Positions 29,521 to 38,981 of a DNA stretch of 64,000 nt are shown piece by piece. Made by a program: the position numbers and the translations under genes. The notes beneath the pieces were generated by a model. The model was not told the origin of the DNA. It saw nothing but the letters and a program-made list of their open reading frames with translations, and searched no databases. Location: NCBI GenBank assembly GCA_963662795.1, contig OY759746.1, positions 608,001-672,000 of the forward strand. Reading direction: 5' to 3'. Position 1 is the stretch's first letter. Each line of letters begins with the position of its first letter. The stretch comes from Spirochaetia bacterium. Lineage in GTDB: Bacteria; Spirochaetota; Spirochaetia; CADAEX01.

Positions 29521-32256
29521 CTATTCGAATTCAAAAGCAGGACTCAGTATTTCATTAATTTTATAAGATAATTTTTCAATAGTAAAAGGCTTCTGTATGA
29601 AGATATTTGTTGAATAAATATTCTGTCCACTAATACTAAAATCATTGGAATAACCGGATATTAAAAGGAACTTGATATTTTTATATCTCGCCGACACAAT
29701 TTCATAAAGACCAATACCATTCAGTTCCGGCATTATTACATCAGAAATTATTAAATCAAAGTTTGAATCTTTATCAAGGAGCTCCAATGCCTTTTTCCCG
29801 TTTGAAACTTTTTCAATTCTAAATCCTTTTTCAGTCAGTATTTCTCCCAGCATTTCGAGTATTTCTTCATCATCTTCAACAATCAGAATCCTTTTTGAAT
29901 CGGAATTGTCTTGTACTCTATTATTAATCTGGACATCTTTCATCCTTTCCTGAAATTCCGGAAAAGCTATTATAAACTCCGTTCCATTTCCGGAAGATGA
30001 TTTAACATCAATCTCCCCGTTATGCTGCTGTACAATACCATAAACAATGGATAAACCAAGTCCTGTCCCATTGACACCTTTTGTGGTAACAAATGGCTCG
30101 AAAATATTGGAAAAAACTGATTCGGGGATTCCCGTACCGGAATCCTTTACAGACAAAATAATTTTGCTGTTCCTGGAATAAGTTGCAATTATGATTTCAC
30201 CGCCGTCAGACATTGAATCCTGGGCATTTACACATAAATTCATAATGATTTGTTCAATCTCTCCCTGATCGCCGTTTATATAACCGATACTGTTATCAAG
30301 GTTTAATTTTATCGTAATATTTTCATATATTGTTTTTCCAAGTATTTTAATGAAATCCTCGATAATTTGATTCAGGTTTAATGATACATATCTTAAAGGC
30401 TGCTTTCTGCTGAATGCAAGAAGCTTGGTTACAAGTGAAGAGGCTCTTATTCCAGCTCCATATATTTTTTCAACATGAAGTATTTCTTTTTCATTCATAT
30501 TTTCACTGTATTTCAGAAGTTCACTATATCCGAGAATAGGGGTCAGTAAATTATTCAAATCATGTGCAATACCTCCGGCAAGTTTGCCGATTGATTCCAT
30601 CTTTCTGGCCTGCAGTATTTCTTCTTCCAGGTTTCTCTGATTAGAATAATCAGCAAATAAAACAATCATTTTACCATCAGGCAATTTTGAAACACGAATT
30701 TCCAAATACAAGGTAATTCTATGGTTTTGATAATCAGTTCTAGGGATAAAATTTGGTTTTCCGGTCTTGTAAACACTTTGAATTACTTTCAGAATTCCAT
30801 AATCTTCCACACCAAAAAACACTTCAGTAATTATTTTCCCTCTTATATTTTCTATATCACAATCAATAATTTTCTGCCCGGCAGGATTCATATCAAAAAT
30901 AATAAAATTTTCTCCACCATTTACAGCTTCACATAATGCAACGCCTGTGGAAATATTCTCAAACATATTTCTAAAATACGATTCCCTCTCTTTTAAAATA
31001 TTTTCCGCTTTTTTTTTCTCAGTAATATCATTAAGAATACAATGGGTTTGTTTAAATGAACCATCAGGATTATGAGCAATCCGGCCTTCAAAAGCAATAT
31101 AACAATCTTCTCCGCTTTTTTTCCGCATATAAAATTCGCTGTGGATTTTACCTTTTCTTATAAAAAGAGGAAATCTTTCTTTAAAGGCACTAACAAAATC
31201 AGGATGTAAAAAATCGCCAAACCATTTGCCAAGCACTTCTTCCTTTTGATAACCAAGAGTATCAAGCCAGGCCTGATTAACTTCTATAAAACAGCCATTT
31301 TCATCCAAAGACTGATATCCCAAGGGGGCTTTATCAAAAAACATTTGAAAACGTTCTTCGCTCTCTCTCAATGATTTGATTGCTTTATTCCTGTCTGTCA
31401 AATCATGTATTAAACATATTATACTGTTTTCAGGAGATGTGATATTTTTACTTACAGATATTTCAACATCAATTTCTTTGTCATACCTGTTTTTTATTAC
31501 TGACAAAAAAGACAGGAAACCAGTAGAAATTACTTTTTCAATATTATTTTTTATATGATTTATTAAGTTTTCAGAAAATATCTGAAATATTTTATAATTG
31601 TTTTCTGATAGATCAAAATTAAAACATTCATCAGCCGCATGATTCATAAAAAGGATATCACCTGTTTTGCTAATAACAAATATTGAATCCCTTGTATTAT
31701 TAATAATAGTTTCATAATTATATACAAGACTGATATTCTGATCCCTGTTTTTCAAGTTAAAAAGAGCATAACTTAAATCATCCACCATCTCTGTAAACAG
31801 AGCCTGCTCTTCACTATCTTCTGCATACTTTTTCGGAACAGAAACAGTAATCCATCCCAATAATTTATTTTTCCAGATTAACGGACAAGAGAAACCCGCA
31901 CATTCATTATGATTATTAAAAAAGGGGCAATATTTACATTTTCTGACCGGATCTTTTATTACAGATAATGAATGTGTATTTAATGCCTGCTCAGCGCATA
32001 CAGGGAAAATACTTTTTTCCAGGAGAATTTTCATTTCATTAAAACGGGAACCAAACCCCGCATGATAGTAAGGCTGCACAGGCATTCCATTTTCAAGGAG
32101 AACTATCCATGCATTATTGTACTCTCTTGAATCAATAAGTAAGGTGCATATACCGTCACACAATTCGGTTACATCATCAGCATGAGTTATTAATCTATTT
32201 ACAGTTCTAATTGCTTTTAATACTTCCAATTGGTGTGAATAATATTCAGAACCCAC
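29521..32256 (-). CDS. Cytoplasmic GAF-PAS-PAS-PAS hybrid histidine kinase
   Basis: GAF with Cys motif (PVCA...CKYCP), PAS repeats, GGIAHDLNN, GTGLGLS, receiver SDVIMP. Confidence 0.92.
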   Translation of the reverse strand: MGSEYYSHQLEVLKAIRTVNRLITHADDVTELCDGICTLLIDSREYNNAWIVLLENGMPVQPYYHAGFGSRFNEMKILLEKSIFPVCAEQALNTHSLSVIKDPVRKCKYCPFFNNHNECAGFSCPLIWKNKLLGWITVSVPKKYAEDSEEQALFTEMVDDLSYALFNLKNRDQNISLVYNYETIINNTRDSIFVISKTGDILFMNHAADECFNFDLSENNYKIFQIFSENLINHIKNNIEKVISTGFLSFLSVIKNRYDKEIDVEISVSKNITSPENSIICLIHDLTDRNKAIKSLRESEERFQMFFDKAPLGYQSLDENGCFIEVNQAWLDTLGYQKEEVLGKWFGDFLHPDFVSAFKERFPLFIRKGKIHSEFYMRKKSGEDCYIAFEGRIAHNPDGSFKQTHCILNDITEKKKAENILKERESYFRNMFENISTGVALCEAVNGGENFIIFDMNPAGQKIIDCDIENIRGKIITEVFFGVEDYGILKVIQSVYKTGKPNFIPRTDYQNHRITLYLEIRVSKLPDGKMIVLFADYSNQRNLEEEILQARKMESIGKLAGGIAHDLNNLLTPILGYSELLKYSENMNEKEILHVEKIYGAGIRASSLVTKLLAFSRKQPLRYVSLNLNQIIEDFIKILGKTIYENITIKLNLDNSIGYINGDQGEIEQIIMNLCVNAQDSMSDGGEIIIATYSRNSKIILSVKDSGTGIPESVFSNIFEPFVTTKGVNGTGLGLSIVYGIVQQHNGEIDVKSSSGNGTEFIIAFPEFQERMKDVQINNRVQDNSDSKRILIVEDDEEILEMLGEILTEKGFRIEKVSNGKKALELLDKDSNFDLIISDVIMPELNGIGLYEIVSARYKNIKFLLISGYSNDFSISGQNIYSTNIFIQKPFTIEKLSYKINEILSPAFEFE

Positions 32257-32570
32257 TTTATTCTCCGCATATATTTTTCCCTGTCAGTATAAATCAGTAT
32301 AAATCAGGATCAAGACTTAAACAAATATATTTTGGTTTATAAACAGATAATAATCCTATATTCTAATGATTACTTAAGATAATCATTTCAGCATTATCTG
32401 TCATTCAATGATGTGATCCTAAAGCAGCCTTATATACAGGACAGCGGTCCGGCAAGCTTAATATCGGTTTACAGTTCTGTCTTCCAGGCTGCTAAAACAC
32501 AAACCGATTAATTAATTATAAATTGATATTGGAAGGACTGCTCAATCTGATATTTTAAAGTATTAAATAT

Positions 32571-32600
32571 AAAAAACACCTTCTTTAGAAGGTGTTTTTT
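32571..32600 (-). terminator. Terminator downstream of tRNA
   Basis: AAAAAACACCTTC-TTTA-GAAGGTGTTTTTT perfect hairpin. Confidence 0.85.
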
Positions 32601-32601
32601 A

Positions 32602-32675
32602 TGGGCCCACTTGGACTTGAACCAAGGACCACTCGATTATGAGTCGAGGGCTCTAACCAACTGAGCTATAGGCCC
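32602..32675 (-). tRNA. tRNA-Ile2 (anticodon CAT, lysidine type); CCA not encoded
   Basis: GGGCCTATAGCTCAGTTGGTTAGAGCCCTCGACTCATAATCGAGTGGTCCTTGGTTCAAGTCCAAGTGGGCCCA folds as a cloverleaf; ACTCATAATC anticodon arm resembles ileX rather than Met tRNAs. Confidence 0.93.
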
Positions 32676-32855
32676 GTGTTTAATTTACAGTTAATTTATA
32701 TAAACATGGCTCTTTTTGTCAATAGGATTTGCCTTTTTTATAACGACTGATGACAGGTTATTGCAAAGGTAAGGCAGGAGCATCCGCAGAGTGAAAGCTC
32801 CTGTTTATTGTCAAAATCCCTGATTACTGATAAAGTATATGCAAATCTCAATTTC

Positions 32856-32950
32856 AGGTAGAAAAAAAACACAGCCCTGTAGGTAGTCAGGGCGGTCTTC
32901 AGGCAGTTTCCGAAGATCCCGTAACCATCGCAGGATGTCCGTTTTTACCT
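32856..32950 (+). ncRNA. yjdF riboswitch (azaaromatic-sensing)
   Basis: Blocks AAAACAC...GGTAGTC...GTAACC...GGATGTCC enclosed by P1 AGGTAGAAA/TTTTTACCT, directly upstream of a YjdF gene. Confidence 0.85.
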
Positions 32951-32978
32951 CCAATATATTTATATCTGGAGGATTAAA

Positions 32979-33362
32979 ATGGAAAGGGTTGTATCAAACA
33001 TCATCTTTAACGGGCAGTTCTGGATCGCTTTGATTGAAAAATATCAGGAAGACGGCTCCCTGCTGGTCGGCAGGTATACCTTTGGCCCTGAACCTGCAAA
33101 TAATCATCTGCTTGACTTTTACTTGAATAAATATCACCTGTTGAAATTCCATCAATGTGAACCGGGATATAAGGTAAAAAAAGAGTATTCCGGAAAGGAA
33201 ACGGAAAATAACACTGGGAAATCACTCGAGTCATATAAAAAAGAACAAAAAAAATATTTAATGGAAAAGAAAAGAATAAGGAAGATAGAGAAAAAAGCCG
33301 CAGATGAAGATAAATTTATAATGAAGCGGAAAAAAAAGATCAAAAAGAGACGCGGACATTAA
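32979..33362 (+). CDS. yjdF: YjdF family protein (DUF2992)
   Basis: F.GQFW...E, RYTFGPEP, basic C-terminus KKKIKKRRGH; GGAGG RBS. Confidence 0.85.
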   Translation: MERVVSNIIFNGQFWIALIEKYQEDGSLLVGRYTFGPEPANNHLLDFYLNKYHLLKFHQCEPGYKVKKEYSGKETENNTGKSLESYKKEQKKYLMEKKRIRKIEKKAADEDKFIMKRKKKIKKRRGH

Positions 33363-33444
33363 TCAGCCGCATTAAAAACTGCTTCTGCAGGCGTCCTCCC
33401 GATTACCGGTTGACAAATTTTTCCGAATAATAAAACATGCCTTC

Positions 33445-34389
33445 ATGAATGAAAATACTTTGAAAGGCAGCATGATAACTGACCATAAGAATATACTTTA
33501 TACATTTATGCTTGGGGACGGTAAGATAAAGGGATACTTTATCAACGCAACCGAGCTTGTAAACAGGATAAGGGAAACCCACTCACTCGGCGTAATGGAA
33601 ACCCTTCTCCTCGGCCATGCACACATTGGATCCGCCCTTATGGCGGCAACACTGAAAAATAATGAAAGCATAAAACTGAAAATCGAATGCTCAGGGCCTG
33701 TAAAAGGACTTTCAGTCGAAGCTCACTCAAACGGAGAGATACGGGGCTACCTCTTCCAGAACCCGATACCGCTTGAGCCGGACATGAATACTTTTGATAC
33801 ATCACCTGTATTTCAGGCAGGGTTTCTCTCAGTAACAAGATTCGCTGAAAACAATAAAAGCTATTCAGGCCAGGTCATGATTGAACACGGAAGGATTGCG
33901 GAAGATCTTGCGAATTACTACCTCGTCTCGGAACAGAAGAAAACAGCTTTTAACCTGAGTGTCTTTTTTGACAAAGAGGGAGTTCCCAAGGGTGCGGGGG
34001 GGATTTTTCTCCAGACGCTTCCCGAAGAACAGAATATTACAGCTGTACACGGTATCTCTGAGGAACAGGATCTTCAGCAATTGCTTGAAAAAGCTGAAAA
34101 TGTTATAGGGACAATCCCTTCAATCGGTAAATATTTTTCTGAGAATTCAGACGCTGTCAGCTTTATCATGAACGCTTTTTCATCGCTCGGAATAGAGATA
34201 ATCGGATCAGCCCACGTCAATTTCAAATGCAGATGCAGCAGGGAGAGGTTTTTCTCCTTCCTCTCAGCTATGGATAAAAAAGAAATAAAATCAATTCTTG
34301 AGGATGGTGCGCTGCCGCTTAAAGTAACCTGCCACAACTGCAGCACGGATTATTTCTTTGATAAAGAGGAGATTACAAAATGTCTTTAA
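33445..34389 (+). CDS. hslO: Hsp33 redox-regulated chaperone
   Basis: YY..SEQ, AGG..LQ.LP, zinc motif CRCS...CHNC. Confidence 0.93.
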   Translation: MNENTLKGSMITDHKNILYTFMLGDGKIKGYFINATELVNRIRETHSLGVMETLLLGHAHIGSALMAATLKNNESIKLKIECSGPVKGLSVEAHSNGEIRGYLFQNPIPLEPDMNTFDTSPVFQAGFLSVTRFAENNKSYSGQVMIEHGRIAEDLANYYLVSEQKKTAFNLSVFFDKEGVPKGAGGIFLQTLPEEQNITAVHGISEEQDLQQLLEKAENVIGTIPSIGKYFSENSDAVSFIMNAFSSLGIEIIGSAHVNFKCRCSRERFFSFLSAMDKKEIKSILEDGALPLKVTCHNCSTDYFFDKEEITKCL

Positions 34390-34447
34390 TTATGAAAATC
34401 ACAACCTTGGATGGCATATCTGATAAAATATTAACCGGGGTGTATTT

Positions 34448-34695
34448 ATGGAACCTTATCAAAAACGAATTGTAAATAAGAAAATCAAAGTTCTTGAGCA
34501 TTCAGAAAAAACAGGAAATGTTTCTCTAACCTGCAGGTATTTTGAAATATCAAGGCAAACTTTTTATGAATGGGAAATGTTTTATAATTTGCACAGGCCC
34601 CATTATTCACTTTCAGGGAAAACCCCTTTCGAAGTTCTCATGAAAAAGTTAAAATCAGAGAAGAATTGTCACCCTTGGTCATGATCCACACAACA
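34448..34695 (+). mobile_element. IS481-family transposase remnant with internal in-frame deletion
   Basis: N-terminal HTH GNVSLTCRYFEISRQTFYEW fused directly to C-terminal WEMFYNLHRPHYSLSGKTPFE; DDE core absent; ...ACA after the stop. Confidence 0.75.
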
Positions 34696-34725
34696 TCTCA
34701 TCTTAAACATTACAAAACATGACTC

Positions 34726-35910
34726 TTAACATTTGTAAATAGCATCATTTATATCGGGAATTCTTTCAATAGCCTCCATTAATTTTTCTTCACTGTTAAC
34801 AAGTGCAATCCTTACACAATTATATGAATTCCTGCCATATGTTACTCCCGGTGTAACCAGTACCCGGCTTTTTTCCCATAACCTTTTACTGAAATCAAGT
34901 GAATTGGCAATTGGTATTTCAGCCCAAACATAAATGCCCCCATGCGGTGTATGGCATTTCCAGCCTTTTTTTTCAAGCAACGGGATTACGGCATCCCTTC
35001 TGTTTTGATATTTTTTCGACTGTTTTTCATGTATATTATTTTTAAAAAACAGTTCAAGTGCCTTTGCTCCCGCTATCTGTACAGGGGCAAAAACTCCTGT
35101 CGTATAATCAACAAGTGAGGCTCCATAATTCTGCACAATTTCAGGATTTCCGACAATACATGCCAACCTCCATCCTGCCAGATTAAATATCTTTGAAAAA
35201 GTGAAAATTTCAATTCCTGTATTTTTAGCTCCGTTTGCCTGTAAAAAACTGACAGGTTCTCTATTGTCAAATAGAATTTCACCATAAGCATTGTCATGAC
35301 AAACTATATAACCATTTTTTTCAGCAAGAGCGGTTATTTTGTTAAATAAATCAATGTTAATGGTTGTTCCTGTTGGGTTATGGGGGTAATTCAAGTATAA
35401 CAAATCGCAATCACTACGGTCAAAAGCAGCGATATCCGGATTGTAATCATTTGATGAATCAAGGGCATATTCAATTTCCAGACCCCTGGCAATTTTAGCA
35501 GCAATTCTATAGGTTGGATAGCATATATCGGGAAGAAGAACTCCTCTTCCTTCATTTACAAAATTCACTGATAGATCAATAATTGCCCTTTTGGACCCCA
35601 TAATCGGAATAATTTCTTTTTCAGGGTCAAGTGTTACATTATATCTTTTTTTATACCATTCAGCTACAGATTCCCTGAATAACATTACCCCCCATTTCCC
35701 GGCATATTTATGACTACTTTCTTTATGTACTTCCGAACATAAAGTTTGTATTACATCAATTTCAGGAGCACCATCAGGGGATCCGATAGTTAAATCATAC
35801 GTTATCTCTCCATTTTTTATGCTTTTTTTCATATCTTCAAGTATGTGAAAAATATTGGATTCATCCCCAAAACTATTAATCAATGAAGATTTAATATTGG
35901 TTTTCATCAT
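34726..35910 (-). CDS. PLP-dependent aminotransferase class I/II
   Basis: LNYPHNPTG, HDNAY, FSKIFNLAGWR, PG..YG, VRIAL; start ATG 35910 after GGAG. Confidence 0.9.
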   Translation of the reverse strand: MMKTNIKSSLINSFGDESNIFHILEDMKKSIKNGEITYDLTIGSPDGAPEIDVIQTLCSEVHKESSHKYAGKWGVMLFRESVAEWYKKRYNVTLDPEKEIIPIMGSKRAIIDLSVNFVNEGRGVLLPDICYPTYRIAAKIARGLEIEYALDSSNDYNPDIAAFDRSDCDLLYLNYPHNPTGTTINIDLFNKITALAEKNGYIVCHDNAYGEILFDNREPVSFLQANGAKNTGIEIFTFSKIFNLAGWRLACIVGNPEIVQNYGASLVDYTTGVFAPVQIAGAKALELFFKNNIHEKQSKKYQNRRDAVIPLLEKKGWKCHTPHGGIYVWAEIPIANSLDFSKRLWEKSRVLVTPGVTYGRNSYNCVRIALVNSEEKLMEAIERIPDINDAIYKC

Positions 35911-35923
35911 CTTACTCCAGTTG

Positions 35924-36667
35924 CTATATATCAATGATATGGCTTAAAAATGCTTTTGTTCTGTCAGATCCATTACCGGTAAAAAATTCTTTTGGGCTTC
36001 TCGTCTCAACTATATTTCCATTATCAAAAAATGAAATATGAGACGACACTTCTCTGGCAAAACCCATCTCATGCGTAACCACGACCATAGTCATCCCTTT
36101 TTTAGCCAGATTTTTCATAACATCAAGTACTTCTTTTATCATTTCTGGATCCAGCGCTGAAGTTGGTTCATCAAATAAAATTACTTCCGGATCCATGGCA
36201 AGAACCCTGATAATGGCTGTACGCTGTTTCTGTCCGCCTGAAAGCTGATATGGATATAAATCAGTTTTATCTGCAAGACCCACTGATTGAAATAGGCTGA
36301 TAGCCTTTTCTTCTACATTTTTTTTATCCCTTTTTAATATTTTAACCGGGGCAAGAAGTACATTTTCCATAGCCGTTAAATGAGGAAACAATTCAAAATG
36401 CTGAAAAACCATTCCTATTTTAGTTCTGATTCTTCTGATGTTTTTTTTATCAAGTATTTCATCTTTATAAACAATTTCACCGTCATTGATTTTTTCAAGC
36501 CCATTAATGCAATGGAGCAAAGTACTTTTCCCGGAACCGCTTGGACCGCAAATAACATGGACATCGCCTTTGCAGACATTTAAGTCAACACCTTTCAGTA
36601 TTTCCTGATGACCATATTTTTTATGTATATTTTTTATTCTCAGAATTGGTTTTTCATTGTTGTTCAT
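35924..36667 (-). CDS. Polar amino acid ABC transporter ATP-binding protein
   Basis: [37 protein letters not shown]. Confidence 0.95.
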   Translation of the reverse strand: MNNNEKPILRIKNIHKKYGHQEILKGVDLNVCKGDVHVICGPSGSGKSTLLHCINGLEKINDGEIVYKDEILDKKNIRRIRTKIGMVFQHFELFPHLTAMENVLLAPVKILKRDKKNVEEKAISLFQSVGLADKTDLYPYQLSGGQKQRTAIIRVLAMDPEVILFDEPTSALDPEMIKEVLDVMKNLAKKGMTMVVVTHEMGFAREVSSHISFFDNGNIVETRSPKEFFTGNGSDRTKAFLSHIIDI

Positions 36668-36686
36668 ATCAAAAACTCCTTAATAT

Positions 36687-37340
36687 TTAAAACTGCCCGA
36701 TCATTTTCATTTTACCTTTTTTTTCAAAAAATCTTGCAGCAGTGGATAATGTATGACAAAGAATAAAATACAGAAGCATTATATAAATAAATATAATATG
36801 AGGATTCCCGTATGTTTCCATTATTTGTGTACCCATACGGGTTATTTCTACATACCCAATTGCCGAACACATTGCTGTTGATTTTATCAGCAGTATCAGC
36901 TGCCCGATTAAGGCAGGCATGGTCTGATATAAAACCTGTGGTAAAATTATATGCCACATTATCTCAAAGGTATTCATACTTAGTGATTTTCCGGCACTGA
37001 ATTGCCCTGCACTTATTCCAATTATTCCACCACGTATTATTTCAGCAACATAGGCAGTATTAAAAAGAGTAAGAGTAACAGTACTTGAAATAAAAATATT
37101 TCTTACAGGCAGGCCAAAAAAAACAAGTAATAACAGTATAAGGAAAGGGGTACCTCGCATAAACCCAATATATGCTGAAAGTATCTGGTCAACGACAGGG
37201 ATTCGCCTCGATCGGATAAATCCGACAATAATTCCAAAAATAAATGAAAAGAGAAGCGCAGTTAGGGATAGTTTCAGCGTATAAGGAAGTCCTTTTATTA
37301 TTAATAGCCTTATTGCTATAATATGTTTATCTATATCCAT
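36687..37340 (-). CDS. Polar amino acid ABC transporter permease
   Basis: RGTP, AYVAEIIRGGI, ILPQ. Confidence 0.92.
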   Translation of the reverse strand: MDIDKHIIAIRLLIIKGLPYTLKLSLTALLFSFIFGIIVGFIRSRRIPVVDQILSAYIGFMRGTPFLILLLLVFFGLPVRNIFISSTVTLTLFNTAYVAEIIRGGIIGISAGQFSAGKSLSMNTFEIMWHIILPQVLYQTMPALIGQLILLIKSTAMCSAIGYVEITRMGTQIMETYGNPHIIFIYIMLLYFILCHTLSTAARFFEKKGKMKMIGQF

Positions 37341-38001
37341 TATTCGCCCCGCTTTTTAGATAATATTTTTGAATGATATATACTGCCAACTGAAGACTCC
37401 AGAATGTAATATTGTAGAAAATTGCAGCTCCTAAAAAAGTAGTTCCAGGTATCAGATACATACTGTTTAAATATCTTGATGCTGATGTTAACTCTGCTAT
37501 TGCCACAAGCGTTAATAATGAAGTGTCCTTTAAAATATATGAACTTTGCCCGATAAGGCTAGGAAATATACTTTTTAACGTTTGCGGCAATATAACATAT
37601 CTTAATGATTGTAAATTACTGAAACCCAGTGCCAGACTTGCCTTTTTCTGTCCGGGAGAAACAGCTTCGATACCGCCTCTTACAATTTCTGCTATAAAAG
37701 CACTTTCATTCAAAGTAATGGCCAGGATACCTGCAACTGATGCCGGCAGCATTATACCAATATATGGAAGCCCGTAATACATCAGGTATAACTGCACTAT
37801 AAGAGGTGTTTCCCGGAAAAGATCAATATACCATTTAAAAATATTTTTAATAACCGGAAGTCTGAAACTGCATAATATTCCTAAAAAGAAACCAATGATG
37901 ATTGATAACAATATACAAATAAATGTAAATTTTATAGTAACGGCAAATCCATTTAAAAATATTGGGAAAAACCGTATAAAAAGTTTTAAATTAAATTCCA
38001 T
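37327..38001 (-). CDS. Polar amino acid ABC transporter permease
   Basis: FRETPLIVQL, AEIVRGG, ILPQ, LKDTSL. Confidence 0.92.
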   Translation of the reverse strand: MEFNLKLFIRFFPIFLNGFAVTIKFTFICILLSIIIGFFLGILCSFRLPVIKNIFKWYIDLFRETPLIVQLYLMYYGLPYIGIMLPASVAGILAITLNESAFIAEIVRGGIEAVSPGQKKASLALGFSNLQSLRYVILPQTLKSIFPSLIGQSSYILKDTSLLTLVAIAELTSASRYLNSMYLIPGTTFLGAAIFYNITFWSLQLAVYIIQKYYLKSGANNGYR

Positions 38002-38021
38002 AATACTTCCATTGTTAATTA

Positions 38022-38058
38022 TGTTGCTGCCGGTATATAAAAATCACAGCAGCAACAC
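38022..38058 (-). terminator. Intra-operon stem-loop after the solute-binding protein gene
   Basis: TGTTGCTGC...GCAGCAACA inverted repeat between SBP and permease genes. Confidence 0.5.
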
Positions 38059-38073
38059 AACATAATTATTGAA

Positions 38074-38931
38074 TTATATTGATCCCAGCTTACTGTCAGG
38101 GTCCCAGTCCCTATTCATCCACTTCTTATAAAGTTCAGCATATTTTCCGGAAAGTTTGATCTCCTGAAGAAACAAGTCAATACTGTTTTTAAACCCCCAC
38201 TCTCCGTACCCTACAGCAAATCCATATGTCTCTGTTTCATAGAATCCTTCAGGAATTAATTTAAATTCTCCGGGATAAAGCTTAAACATATCTGATGCAG
38301 CAATAGCGGATTCCATAACACAATCAATTCTGCCTGTCTTCAATGCCTCAGACCATTCCATTTTTGACTGAAATATTTTTAAATTTGCCTTTGGGAATTT
38401 TTCCTGAATTAATTTTATATAAACATTCCCTTCAGTTGAAGCAATAGTCATATTTGAATTATTTAAATCAGCGTATTTTTTTACATTTGATTTAACCGGG
38501 AGTATTGCCACTGTGCCGGTGATTAAATAGGGATCGCTTAATGCAATACTTACAGTTCTTGGAATCGAACGGGTCATATGAGCTGCAACAATATCAAAAT
38601 CCCCTTTTAACAGTCCGGGGATGAGAGCTGACCAGTCAACATCCTTAAATTCAACTTTAACACCTAATTTTTCCGCATATAAATTGATCAGGTCAATTAC
38701 AAGTCCCTCGATATTGCCGCTTTCGGGATTGATAAAACCGATAGGCGGAAATTTTGCTCTTACCCCTACCACAATTTTACCATTTTCCAAAACTGTTTTA
38801 AGTGTATCCTTTGCTATTACATTTTCTCCGGACTTCGAATCATTTGCACCGCACCCTGTAAAAAAAGACAGAGCAACAGCAACTGACAACATGATTGCAA
38901 AAAGTTTGAATTTTCTCATAAAAACCTCCAT
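38074..38931 (-). CDS. Amino acid ABC transporter substrate-binding lipoprotein (SBP_bac_3)
   Basis: Lipobox FFTGC, FPPIG, W..LIPGL..G.FD, MT...R. Confidence 0.9.
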   Translation of the reverse strand: MEVFMRKFKLFAIMLSVAVALSFFTGCGANDSKSGENVIAKDTLKTVLENGKIVVGVRAKFPPIGFINPESGNIEGLVIDLINLYAEKLGVKVEFKDVDWSALIPGLLKGDFDIVAAHMTRSIPRTVSIALSDPYLITGTVAILPVKSNVKKYADLNNSNMTIASTEGNVYIKLIQEKFPKANLKIFQSKMEWSEALKTGRIDCVMESAIAASDMFKLYPGEFKLIPEGFYETETYGFAVGYGEWGFKNSIDLFLQEIKLSGKYAELYKKWMNRDWDPDSKLGSI

Positions 38932-38981
38932 TAAAAATTTTTCATTTTATTACTTAAGAGCTCTATTAAAAGGCTCTTGTA

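Larger units (their letters stand above)
12426..32621. mobile_element. tRNA-Ile2-anchored genomic island (signal transduction cargo, no integrase visible)
   Basis: Flanking 24-bp direct repeat of the tRNA 3' end, AT-richer composition, pseudogene inside. Confidence 0.75.

Noticed and set aside
32602-32675. Calling the CAT-anticodon tRNA tRNA-Met
   Set aside because: Lacks initiator features (three G-C anticodon-stem pairs, unpaired first position) and resembles ileX-type tRNAs; Ile2 preferred, though not proven without a model search
32770-32808. Hairpin GGCAGGAGC...GCTCCTGTT between the tRNA promoter and the yjdF riboswitch
   Set aside because: No recognisable riboswitch or ncRNA consensus; a single stem is not enough
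38681-38701. AAATTGATCAGGTCAATTACA, nearly identical to the FNR-box region at 10951-10972
   Set aside because: Spacer is one base short of the FNR geometry and it lies inside the SBP coding sequence; probably coincidence
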